A DNA stretch of 48,215 nt from Actinomycetota bacterium. GTDB lineage: Bacteria; Actinomycetota; Nitriliruptoria; Euzebyales; JAHELV01. Below the pieces are notes generated by a model. The model saw only the letters and a list, made by a program, of their open reading frames with translations, had not been told where the DNA came from and did no database searches. The stretch spans positions 1 to 48,215 of the forward strand of contig JAHWKT010000005.1 of the NCBI GenBank assembly GCA_019347695.1. Direction: 5' to 3'. This document shows, piece after piece, positions 39,703-48,195 of this stretch; within the stretch, counting starts at the first letter, position 1, and every line of letters starts with the position of its first letter. Position numbers and translations under genes: made by a program.

Positions 39703-39933
39703 TCATCGCGCACCTCCTGCCCGGCGGACGTCGAGCCCGCCCGACGCCGCCTGTCCACCGACGATCGAGCCGGCTGCGATCAGCACGCGACCCACGTGCA
39801 CCCGCCACGCCGGCGTGACCCCCGAAGACCTGCGCGTTCGGCGAGCTGCCGCGACGCGGTTGTGCCGGGCGGCCTCACGGCGACGCTCCTCGAGCGTGGC
39901 CTCGACAACCTCTGCCACCATTAACCCGCTCAT
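39703..39933 (-). CDS. Small basic hypothetical protein
   Basis: 76 aa, ERRREAARHNRVAAAR...VGRVLIAAG; GAAGG RBS; divergent from the CGNR gene. Confidence 0.55.
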   Translation of the reverse strand: MSGLMVAEVVEATLEERRREAARHNRVAAARRTRRSSGVTPAWRVHVGRVLIAAGSIVGGQAASGGLDVRRAGGAR

Positions 39934-40006
39934 TGCGGTGCCTTCCCGTAACGGGTATAACCGTCTTGATGGCTTACAACCTATATCGAACCCTGTAAGG
40001 AGTCAA

Positions 40007-40574
40007 GTGAAATACGATCATTACAGCGATCCGTCGATCGCGGTCGCGGTCGACCTGATCAACGACTTCGGCACCGTACCGCTCGACTCGGCCGGACACG
40101 GCGACAAACCGCTCGGTGACCCGGCGGCGTTCCTGCGGGGCCACGGACTCGACGACACCGGCGTGACGCAGGCCGACGCGCCCGCCGCGCAGGACCTCGC
40201 CGACCGGCTGCACGAGGCACTCAACACTGACGATCCGGCACGCGTGGTGGACGTCGTCAACGGCGTGCTCGCCGACGCCAACGCGGTCCCCCAGATCAGC
40301 AGCCACGACGGCCAACCGTGGCACCTGCACTACCACGCCGCCGGCGCCGCGCCACTCGACCAGTTTGGCCGCCACCGCCGCGATGGGCCTCGCCACCGTG
40401 CTGTGCACCAGCGGCACCAGCCGCTTCGGGCACTGCGATGGCACCGCGTGCCGCGACGTCTACGTCGACACGTCGCGCAACAACCGACGACGATTCTGCA
40501 GCGACGGCTGCGCCAACCTCGCCCACGTCACCGCACACCGCGCGCGCCAGCGGGCGGACGGGCACACGAACTGA
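40007..40574 (+). pseudogene. ABATE/CGNR zinc-finger protein (1-nt frameshift near 40365)
   Basis: AVDLIN, HDGQPWHLH, then CDGTAC...VDTSRNNRRRFCSDGCAN; AAGGAG RBS. Confidence 0.85.
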
Positions 40575-40589
40575 CCGGCCGAGGCGTTG

Positions 40590-40741
40590 CGGTCAGCGAC
40601 ATCCGCCACCTGGGACCCGACGGCTGGCAGCCGGGGACGCATCCGGATCGCGCCGACTACGGCTCGTTCGCCGACTTCAGCGACCCCGACGGCAACACCT
40701 GGGTGCTGCAGGAGGCGCGGCGCGGCGACGCGACCGCCTGA
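40590..40741 (+). pseudogene. VOC/glyoxalase C-terminal fragment
   Basis: HPDRADYGSFADFSDPDGNTWVLQE. Confidence 0.75.
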
Positions 40742-41551
40742 CGGCGCGCAACAGCACGACGACGGATCAGGCCGTATCGACCCGGCCGCCGAAAAGCGGT
40801 TCATGTGAACGTTCCGTGGGTGGGTTGACGGCGCCTGCATAGCGCAACGCCGCCTCTGGCCTACGTTTCCGGCTATCTGAGGCTGGAATCGATGGGCGCT
40901 GGAGGCGGCGCGAGCTGGTCGGCGCCGCCAGGTCGGTGTCGGTGTAACCGGTGAGCAGCGGAGCCCACTCACGCGCCGGCATGTCAAGCCACGCGCGTGC
41001 TCGCTGGTCCGGCGCGAGCCGGCCGGTGATGCGCTGCAGTGCGGCGGCGAGCGGGGAGGACCACCTGTGGCGGGCCGCGCAGGCGGTTCGTGAGCTCACC
41101 GACGCGGTGGACGACCGCGCGCCGCAGCCGTCCGATGACCAGTGAAGCGGTCGAGGCGCCGTCACTCAGGTCGCGGCCAAGCACCGAGCGCAGCGTCGAC
41201 CGGGTCGTCCACGGCAGGCTGAACTGGTGGCGCCTGCTTCGACTGCTGAACGAGCAACGTCCGCGCTGGGACGAGCACTACCGTGTTGGCCACGCCGTGA
41301 CCGCGCTCACACACGCCGGCCGGGCGACCGTGCTCGCCTACCTGCAACACCGCGCGACCGGCCCGCGTCACGACCTGCACGGCTGACCCTGCCGGTCACG
41401 CGCCGGACGCGGCAGCCGACGAGCGCGATCGATCATCAGCAAGGACGGTCGACTGCGATCGGCTAGGATCCACGCGGCCACCGTCGGGCTCGGCTGTCAT
41501 GCCCGACGTGCCGCGACGCGGGCGCCAGAGGCTTAGCACGAGGAGGACCGC

Positions 41552-42079
41552 GTGGGGACAACGGATGCGACGCCGGCGGTCCTGGATGAGCTCGACGCTG
41601 GCGAGCGGTCGGTAGTCCTCGACCGGCTGCTAGCCGATCATCCGGACCTGCGACCCGAAGCCGAGGCACTCGCTCGGGAGACGCTCGACGACGTCGACGA
41701 GGATGCCGTTGCCCACGAGGTCGTCGAGATCTACCGCGACATCGAGATCCAGCGCATCGGTGAGCGGGTCGGTCCGCGGCGCGGCCGCGGCTACATCGAC
41801 GAGCACGAGGCGGCGTGGGAGCTGCTCGAGGAGGCGCTGCAACCGTTCCTCGGACAGATCGCTCGTCGTGCCAGGTCGGGATTCACCGACGCGGCCCGGC
41901 GCTATGCGGCCGGCGTGCTGAGTGGGCTCGGCAAGCTCCGGGCCGACGCGGATCCCGACAGCGTGTTCGGCTGGGGTCCGCCCGAGGAGGCCGCCGATTC
42001 GCTGGGCTGGAGCGTCCGACACGCCGCCGAGGAGGTCGGTGTGCCGTTGCCGGATCCGTCGCCTGGGACTGAGTATTGA
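41552..42079 (+). CDS. Hypothetical helical protein resembling the post-SWIM region of the next gene
   Basis: GAGGAGG RBS, acidic helical composition, GYIDEHEAAWEL. Confidence 0.7.
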   Translation: MGTTDATPAVLDELDAGERSVVLDRLLADHPDLRPEAEALARETLDDVDEDAVAHEVVEIYRDIEIQRIGERVGPRRGRGYIDEHEAAWELLEEALQPFLGQIARRARSGFTDAARRYAAGVLSGLGKLRADADPDSVFGWGPPEEAADSLGWSVRHAAEEVGVPLPDPSPGTEY

Positions 42080-42109
42080 TGTACACGGCAGGATGCTCGT
42101 GGTGACGCC

Positions 42110-43701
42110 GTGACGATCACGGTGCCGGTGGATGCTGGCGATGCCACGGTTGCGACGGATGATGCCGGCGGCGAGCAGGATGCACAGCTGACCGAGGTCC
42201 TCGACGGTGCGCTGCTGGCGGCGTACGCAGGCTGGCTGATCTACGAGCGCGGTGTGGACTACGCGACCCACGGACACGTGACGCACCTGCAGATCGGCGG
42301 GCACCGCGCGACGGCGGTGGTGCAGGGCACGCGACCGTACGATGTCACGATCGAACGCGTCGGGTCGACACTGACCTTCGACTGCACGTGCCCGATGGGC
42401 GCGATCGACGAGTTCTGCAAGCACCTGGTCGCGCTCGGGGTGGAGCTCGTCGGCGACGACGAGCCGGACGTCGCCGACGTCGCGCGCGCTGGCCCCGACG
42501 CCCCGCGCGTGGACCCCGATGCCATCGACCTCGACGCATGGCTCGCCGACCAGCCCGCCGACCGGCTGCGCGAGCTGCTGACCGCCGAGGCGGCGCGCGA
42601 CCCGGACGTGCGCCGGCGGCTGTCGGTCGTGGCCGCCGCCGACACTGGCGAGTCGCCCGAGTTGTCGTCGCTGCGCGCGCGAATCACCGACGCCTTCGCC
42701 GTCGGCCATCACCACAGCTACCGCTACATCGAGTACCGCGACGCGTACGCATGGGCGCACGACGTCGAGGCGGTGATCGACGCGGTCGACGAGCTGCTCG
42801 CCGCCGGGTTCGCCGCCGAGACGGTCGCGCTGGCCGAGACGATGCTCGCCGAGCTCAACGACAGCGTCAACTACGTCGACGACTCCGACGGCCACCTGGA
42901 CGGGCTGTTCGAGTCCGCAGCCGACCTGCACCTGCGCGCCTGCGAACAGGCGCGTCCAGACCCGGTCGCGCTGGCCGGGCGGCTGCTGGACTGGGCGCTG
43001 TCGTGGGAGCTGGACGGGTTCCTGTACGCCGTCGGCGACTACGCCGAGGTGCTCGGCAGCGCCGGCCTCGCCGCATACCGCCAGCTCGCCGAGCAGCGCT
43101 GGGCGCAGATCCCCGCGCTCGGCCCCGGCGACGACCACCACGACCGCTTCGCGATCACCACCGTCATGGAGCACCTGGCCGAGACCACCGGCGGACTCGA
43201 CGCGCTGCTCGAGGTGATGCAACGCAACCAGGCGTCGGGGCATGCGTTCGTGCGCATCGCCACGGCCTGCCGCGACCACGACCGCGACGACCTCGCGCTG
43301 GACTGGGCACAGCGCGGCCACCAGGCGTTCCCCGGCGAGTCGCGCCTGACCGAGCTGATCGGCGACATCCACGCAGACCACGGCCGCCACGACGAGGCGC
43401 TGGCCGCCGAACGCGAGCTGTTCACCGGCGGACCGTCGCTCGCCCGCTACCACCGCCTCATGCGCCGTGCCGAGGCAGCCGGGCGCTGGCCGACCGAACG
43501 CGGGCCCGCCACCTCGAACGCGCGCTCGAACCGGCCGACAACCGGGCGTACGACGAGGTCGTCCGGCTGCTGCAGATCATGCGGCCCCTGTACGACGCGA
43601 CCGACCGCGGCGACGCGTTCTCCCCGCTCGTCGCGAGCATCCGCACGAGTTACAAGCGCCGCCGCAACCTCGTCGCCCGCCTCGACCGCGCCCGCCTGTA
43701 G
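42110..43701 (+). pseudogene. SWIM zinc-finger protein with helical-repeat C-terminus (frameshift/deletion near 43510)
   Basis: YERGVDY, VQGTRPY, CTCP...FCKHLVA, VDDSDG; true tail YKRRRNLVARLD is in another frame ending 43701. Confidence 0.85.
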
Positions 43702-43985
43702 TCGGCGGCCCGTCTCCCCCACCGGCCACGCCGTCGGGCCATCAGCTGGAACCACTGCTCCACCCGCTCCGTCCCGGGTGCGGTCACCCGTAGGCCGCCG
43801 ATCTCGGACGCACACGCTGATCCCCCGCCAGAGCGTCACAGAGTCAGAAGCACCTCAACCGCACTTCCGCGGTGCCCTCGCCGACCTGGGACGCCACCTC
43901 GTCAGCCTGGCAGGAACACGCCCGCCGCTGAGAGACAGGCCACAGTGACACGTGCGGCTCGCCTGCGCAGACAGCCCAACGACGG

Positions 43986-44393
43986 TCAAGCGACCACCGG
44001 CGTCGGCGGTATGACGAACGCACAGCGGGGTCCGGCTGCGCCCATCAACCGCCGGTCGAGCGTAGCGACCGGCACACCAAGTATCTCAGCAACCGCCACG
44101 TACCACGCGTCGTACGCCGTGACGTTGTAGCGCAGCTCCCAGACCCGCGCGCCGAATGGCTCGTAGGGGTACAGCTGCCACGACATGCGTCGCAGGTCCT
44201 GGTGCGCCGACGCCGCTCGAGACCGATCGATACCCCCCGCGAGCTCACTTCGCCGCAGCAGGTTGGCCGCTTCGACCGGGCACAAGTGCGGCGCAGCCAG
44301 CGGCCCACGCGCCAGTTGCTGCTCAGCCCACCGACCAGTCGTGCCGGAGTCGATGAGCGCGGCCACCACCACCGAAGCGTCGACCACAAGCAC
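43986..44393 (-). CDS. vapC: VapC PIN-domain toxin
   Basis: LVVDASVV, EAANLLRR, WELRYNVTAYDAWYVAVAE, TLDRRL. Confidence 0.93.
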   Translation of the reverse strand: MLVVDASVVVAALIDSGTTGRWAEQQLARGPLAAPHLCPVEAANLLRRSELAGGIDRSRAASAHQDLRRMSWQLYPYEPFGARVWELRYNVTAYDAWYVAVAEILGVPVATLDRRLMGAAGPRCAFVIPPTPVVA

Positions 44394-44396
44394 TGA

Positions 44397-44630
44397 TCAG
44401 GCCCGGTCCTCGTCGCGCCAGCGAAGCAGGTCGTCCACGTCGAGGACCGCGGGGCTTGCCTCCTTGCGCCGGCGGATCTCGTCGAGCAGTGTGTCCACGT
44501 CGGGACGTGCGGCAAGGTCGGTGAGATGTTGCCGCAGGTACTGCTGGAGCGAGCGGCCGCTGCGCGCAGCTCGACTGGCGAGCTCGTCACGTACGTCGTC
44601 GGGAAGGTCCCTGATCGTCACGCTTGTCAT
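44397..44630 (-). CDS. FitA-like RHH antitoxin
   Basis: VTIRDLPDDVRDELASRAARSGRSLQQYLR; TAGCAT-N6-ATG. Confidence 0.9.
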   Translation of the reverse strand: MTSVTIRDLPDDVRDELASRAARSGRSLQQYLRQHLTDLAARPDVDTLLDEIRRRKEASPAVLDVDDLLRWRDEDRA

Positions 44631-44758
44631 GCATGCATGCTAGCATCATCGCTGCCGTTAGCTCACAGACACTGGCAATCCAGCTCGGCGCGTGCCGGCG
44701 GGTGCGGCGTGGATCAGCCCCATGAGGGGCACTGTACCGGGGCGCGCTCGGCTCGTCG

Positions 44759-44956
44759 CTACCCGTCGTCACGTGGCTGGCCAACGAACTGTGCGACGGT
44801 GTCGGGCTGGTCTTCCATACAGAAGTGGCCGGCGTCGGCGATGACGTGCCGGTCGGCGCCGGGGATGTCGTCGGTCAGACGGTGGGCACAGTCGACCGGC
44901 ATGTCTACCGTGACGTTGCCGAAGGTGACCGGCGCACCACGGGCAGCCCAATCCAT
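44759..44956 (-). pseudogene. Alpha/beta hydrolase C-terminal fragment
   Basis: IPGADRHVIADAGHFCMEDQPD. Confidence 0.7.
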
Positions 44957-45019
44957 GCCTGTCTCAACGTAGCCAACGTATCTAGCAGATGGCTACGTCG
45001 ACAACCCGCCCGATGCGCT

Positions 45020-45036
45020 GCAGGTCGCTGACCTGC
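45020..45036 (-). repeat. Hairpin just downstream of the tRNA fragment
   Basis: GCAGGTC-gct-GACCTGC. Confidence 0.6.
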
Positions 45037-45044
45037 GGTTTTGC

Positions 45045-45088
45045 GGTGGAGCTAAGGGAATCGAACCCCTGACCTCTTCCATGCCATG
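45045..45088 (-). tRNA. Partial tRNA-Ala(GGC), anticodon loop to 3' end only (att core)
   Basis: Minus strand CATGGCATGGAAGAGGTCAGGGGTTCGATTCCCTTAGCTCCACC; GGC anticodon, TTCGA loop; no 5' half upstream. Confidence 0.88.
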
Positions 45089-45101
45089 CACACGCCGAAC
45101 C

Positions 45102-45250
45102 GTCCAACGCGTCCGGCAGCGTCCCATGGAGGCCACCCACGTCCGATCGTATCCGACGGGCGCGCAGCGCAGAAACCGCGTAAGCAAGACGTATTGCGTC
45201 CAATGCGTGATCGCCGGTCCGGCGACGTCGCTCGCTGTCCCGTGACGTCC
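45102..45250 (+). repeat. Two ~10-bp-periodic GTCC arrays
   Basis: GTCC or variant at 45102, 45111, 45121, 45131, 45141, 45151 and 45198, 45207, 45217, 45227, 45237, 45247. Confidence 0.75.
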
Positions 45251-45296
45251 CAGCGACCGCCGGTGGCTACGTTGCTGGCTACGTCGGGCGCCCGAC

Positions 45297-45683
45297 TCAC
45301 GTCGACAGCACGGCGACCCCGTACCGGCCGATGACCTGGTCGGCTGTCACGATGCGGAGGTCGTCCACCATCGCCTGCGCGACCAGCATCCGGTCGAAAG
45401 GATCGTTGTGATGCGGCGGCAACGTCGCAGCGGTGCGGGTGTACCGACCGGTGATCGCGAGCTCGGTGAAGCCGTTGCCCACCACCTCGTTGGCGAGGTC
45501 GACGGTGTCGACGTCGAGCTCGAGGCGTCCGAGCGCGGTCTTGATCTCGGCCTCCCATAGACTCGCCGCGCTGACGAACGCCATCACCGAGCTGTCGGCA
45601 ATCGAGGCGCGGGCCTCTGGCGACAGCCGCGGGTCGTCCACCAGCCACCACAGGAACACGTGGGTATCCAGCAGCAGCGACAT
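45297..45683 (-). CDS. vapC: VapC PIN-domain toxin
   Basis: LLLDTHVFLW, SAASLWE, LPPHHNDPFDRMLVAQA, VTAD. Confidence 0.94.
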   Translation of the reverse strand: MSLLLDTHVFLWWLVDDPRLSPEARASIADSSVMAFVSAASLWEAEIKTALGRLELDVDTVDLANEVVGNGFTELAITGRYTRTAATLPPHHNDPFDRMLVAQAMVDDLRIVTADQVIGRYGVAVLST

Positions 45684-45752
45684 CAACCGCTCCGACTCGT
45701 CGAAGCGTGTCGTATGGTCACCGCGACCCGTGGAAGCGGGGATGCCATCGCG

Positions 45753-45980
45753 TCAGCCGCGGAAGGCGTCGACGAGTTCGTCGGGCAACGGATCGTCGAA
45801 GTCCTCAGCGATCCGGATGCACCCTCGCAGGCTTCCCGGTTGACGCTCAGGCGCTGCGTGCGCCACAAGGCGGGCGATCGGCCGGTTGTTGCGGGCGATT
45901 ACGACTTCCTCACCCTGTTCGACGCGCTCGAGCAACCGTGACAGGTGGGTCTTCGCTTCGTGGACGTTCACAATCGTCAT
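45753..45980 (-). CDS. Phd/YefM family antitoxin
   Basis: VNVHEAKTHLSRLL...GEEVVIAR...PIARLV...DFDDPLP; TAGACT-N6-ATG with GACCA-GACTA-GACTA repeats. Confidence 0.93.
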   Translation of the reverse strand: MTIVNVHEAKTHLSRLLERVEQGEEVVIARNNRPIARLVAHAAPERQPGSLRGCIRIAEDFDDPLPDELVDAFRG

Positions 45981-46068
45981 GAACTTAGTCTAGTCTGGTC
46001 ATGCAAGGAGGGCAATCGGGCTGCCGTGGACGCGGAGGCCCAGCGCGACCCAACCAGGTCCTCCCACG

Positions 46069-46082
46069 CGCTGGACGTTTCC
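46069..46082 (+). repeat. Direct repeat CGCTGGACGTTTCC, copy 1
   Basis: Identical to 48182-48195; flanks also similar (CTCCC...GACT). Confidence 0.75.
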
Positions 46083-46127
46083 ACGGACTACTCTCGACTG
46101 TCCCGATACATCCCGGCGCGGCGCTGG

Positions 46128-46907
46128 TCAGCGCACGACGAGTTCGCCGGCCATGTCGGGGGCGTGGGGGATGCAGTAGAAGCGGTAGGTGCCGGCGTCG
46201 GCGGGGAACGTGACCCGTTGGGTGGCGCCGGGCGGGACGTTGAGGTCGACGCCGAGCTCGTCGATCGTGAATGTGTGCCGCGTAGGGTCGTCGTTGGTGA
46301 CCGTGACCGCGACCTTTCCGCCGTCGGTGGTGATGGTGCGGGTGTCGAACTGGAAGTCCTTGGTGGTCAACTCGATGTCACCGGGCTGGGCTGCGACGCT
46401 GTCGATGCGGGCGGCCGCCACGATCGATACGGCGGTCGCAGCAACCAGCACAACGACAGCCGTTGCCGCAACCCCAGTCGCGGGTCGCGGCGATCGGCGG
46501 GCAGGCTGTCGGGCCTGGCGGAACGCTGGGACGGCCGCGATGCTGCCGGCAAGGGTCGCCAGGGTGAACAGCGTCAGTGGCAGGAAGTCGCCGGGGGTCT
46601 CGGGATGGGTGAGCGCGTCGGCGAGGAACGGCGCGCTCGACACAAGCTCGGCGAGCAGCACGACGCCGAGCACCACGACGCCGGCCCGCCGCCACCGCCA
46701 GACCACCAGCAGGCCGGCGACGATCGGGGTGGCCATCGCCAGGAAGAAGCTTTCGATGCTGCCGGCGATGATCATGGCGATCACGAACGATGCGATCGTG
46801 GCGCAGCCCGCGGCGACAAGCAGGCTGAGCCATCCGACGCGTGGCTGTCTGCTCGACACGACGGGGGCGGTGCGGGTGGGTTGATTGGTGTGGCTGGTGG
46901 TGGTCAT
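46128..46907 (-). CDS. Membrane protein with C-terminal cupredoxin domain
   Basis: About five TM segments, then HTFT...GTYRFYCIPHAPDM (His, Cys, His, Met type-1 Cu ligands). Confidence 0.82.
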   Translation of the reverse strand: MTTTSHTNQPTRTAPVVSSRQPRVGWLSLLVAAGCATIASFVIAMIIAGSIESFFLAMATPIVAGLLVVWRWRRAGVVVLGVVLLAELVSSAPFLADALTHPETPGDFLPLTLFTLATLAGSIAAVPAFRQARQPARRSPRPATGVAATAVVVLVAATAVSIVAAARIDSVAAQPGDIELTTKDFQFDTRTITTDGGKVAVTVTNDDPTRHTFTIDELGVDLNVPPGATQRVTFPADAGTYRFYCIPHAPDMAGELVVR

Positions 46908-46935
46908 CGTCACGTCTTCTGAGGTTCTGTGGGCG

Positions 46936-47366
46936 CTACGCCGCGGTACCCGCGGGACGTGCGCCGAGCTGCAACAGCACGCTGTGGTGTCGACGGCGGC
47001 CGAGTACTCGCCGATCCGGCCGTCGTCGCCGACCCGGTTGACGTCGATGAGCTCGAACGCGACCTGTCGCCCGGTGGGTGCCAGGCCGAGGAGCTCGCCG
47101 GTGTGGGTGCCCCGCACGGTGCTGCGGGTGACGATGCGGTCTGCCTCGACGATCTGGTCCTCGACGATCACGTAAAGATCGGGAAACGCGCGACGCAATG
47201 TCGTGACCGTGTTCTTGAGACCCGCAAGGCCGGTGCGCTCCGGCGGTGTCGAGCTGTGGTCGAGGTCGTCGCACGCGCTGAGCTCGTCGACGACGGGCAG
47301 GTCGCCTTGGGTCCACACCTCCTCGACGAGACGGCGGGCCTGGCGCCTCATCCACTCCGGTGACAT
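46936..47366 (-). pseudogene. SnoaL-like ester cyclase (frameshift near 46985)
   Basis: EEVW, AFPDL, GTHTGELLGLAPTGR; AGGAG RBS; VLLQLG tail in a shifted frame. Confidence 0.82.
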
Positions 47367-47391
47367 CGGCGACTCCTGGAAGTCGCGAGCG

Positions 47392-48097
47392 TCACGCCAC
47401 GGGCGAGCGCGTTGGGTCCGTGCGCTGTCGTGCGGGCTCCGAGACGACGGACGGCGGTCCGGTGGCGTGACGACGGGCAGGTGTGGGATGGCGCACCCGA
47501 GCGCGAGCACTGCGAGGAACGACCAGTAGTACAGCGCGACCCACGCGTCTCGGGGGGTCGTCACGGCCAGCTCGGGGCCACCGAAGCCGGTGACCGTGGG
47601 CGCCCAGGTCGGGATCGGCGTCAGTGCGATCGCGCCGCTGACGATCCGTCCCCATAGCGGACCGCGGCCCGACAGCGCGTAGCCGCCCGCCATGCCGAAC
47701 AGCGGCACGCCGATCGCGCCGCCGCCCAGCCCATCGGCGAAGAACTCCTCCAAGCCCGCCATGGGGCCGCCGGGCGCGGTGGCCACCCCGTGGACCAGCA
47801 CGCCGGCGAACAGCAGCGGCGCCGTGGCCAGCCACCGCCAGCCTCGCCGGCCGCCGGTGCGGCGCAGGTGCTCGGCCCAGCCCAACAGCGCGCCGGTCAG
47901 CACACCGGGCAGCAGGATCCACACGAACGTGCCGACCCACTCGACACCAGACGCGGGCCCGGCGATCTCCACCATGAACCCGCGCAGCCCCGCAGCCCAC
48001 GCCAGACCACACACCCCGCCAACAGCGACCAACGCCACGAGCCCTTGTGTCGCAGGCCACGCTCACGCGTTCCGTCGCGGGTCGACGTCGATCGCAT
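47392..48097 (-). pseudogene. Gly-rich membrane protein, frameshifted near its start
   Basis: GLAWAAGLRGFM, ILLPGVLTGALLGWAE, GGYALSGRG; GGAGG RBS before ATG 48097 is out of frame with the body; 3' end uncertain. Confidence 0.6.
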
Positions 48098-48181
48098 CAT
48101 CCACCTCCAAGGCCGCGCTCCGACCACCGACCGCAGCGTGCGCCACCGCGGGACCGTGCGCCACGACGAGGACTCCCCGTT

Positions 48182-48195
48182 CGCTGGACGTTTCC
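48182..48195 (+). repeat. Direct repeat CGCTGGACGTTTCC, copy 2
   Basis: Identical to 46069-46082; upstream of the three-gene block. Confidence 0.75.

Larger units (their letters stand above)
44965..45286 (-). mobile_element. attP-like tyrosine-integrase attachment site targeting tRNA-Ala(GGC)
   Basis: tRNA 3' half core with TGGCTACGTYG repeats at 44965-44975 (inverted), 44990-45000, 45264-45274 and 45276-45286, plus phased GTCC arrays. Confidence 0.8.

Noticed and set aside
40800-41460. Short ORFs between the VOC fragment and 41552
   Set aside because: Some protein-like stretches on both strands but no recognisable motif, start or RBS.
43510-43948. Pro/Ser/Arg-rich C-terminal extension of the SWIM protein
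   Set aside because: Off-frame readthrough; the family-like tail ends at 43701 in another frame.
45045-45130. Functional tRNA-Ala gene
   Set aside because: The D arm and 5' acceptor strand are absent, and one base appears to be missing near the T stem.
45102-45286. CRISPR array
   Set aside because: Repeat units are 4-11 bp with no 25-40 bp repeat-spacer structure and no cas genes.
45297-45980. Stop-codon readthrough fusion of Phd and VapC
   Set aside because: They are in frame with a 23-codon open linker, but that is easily chance in high-GC DNA and vapC has its own GGAG RBS.
46128-48038. 636-aa membrane-cyclase-cupredoxin fusion
   Set aside because: There is an internal AGGAG RBS before 47366, and the cyclase's natural tail and stop (46936) are in a shifted frame; this is three genes joined by frameshifts.
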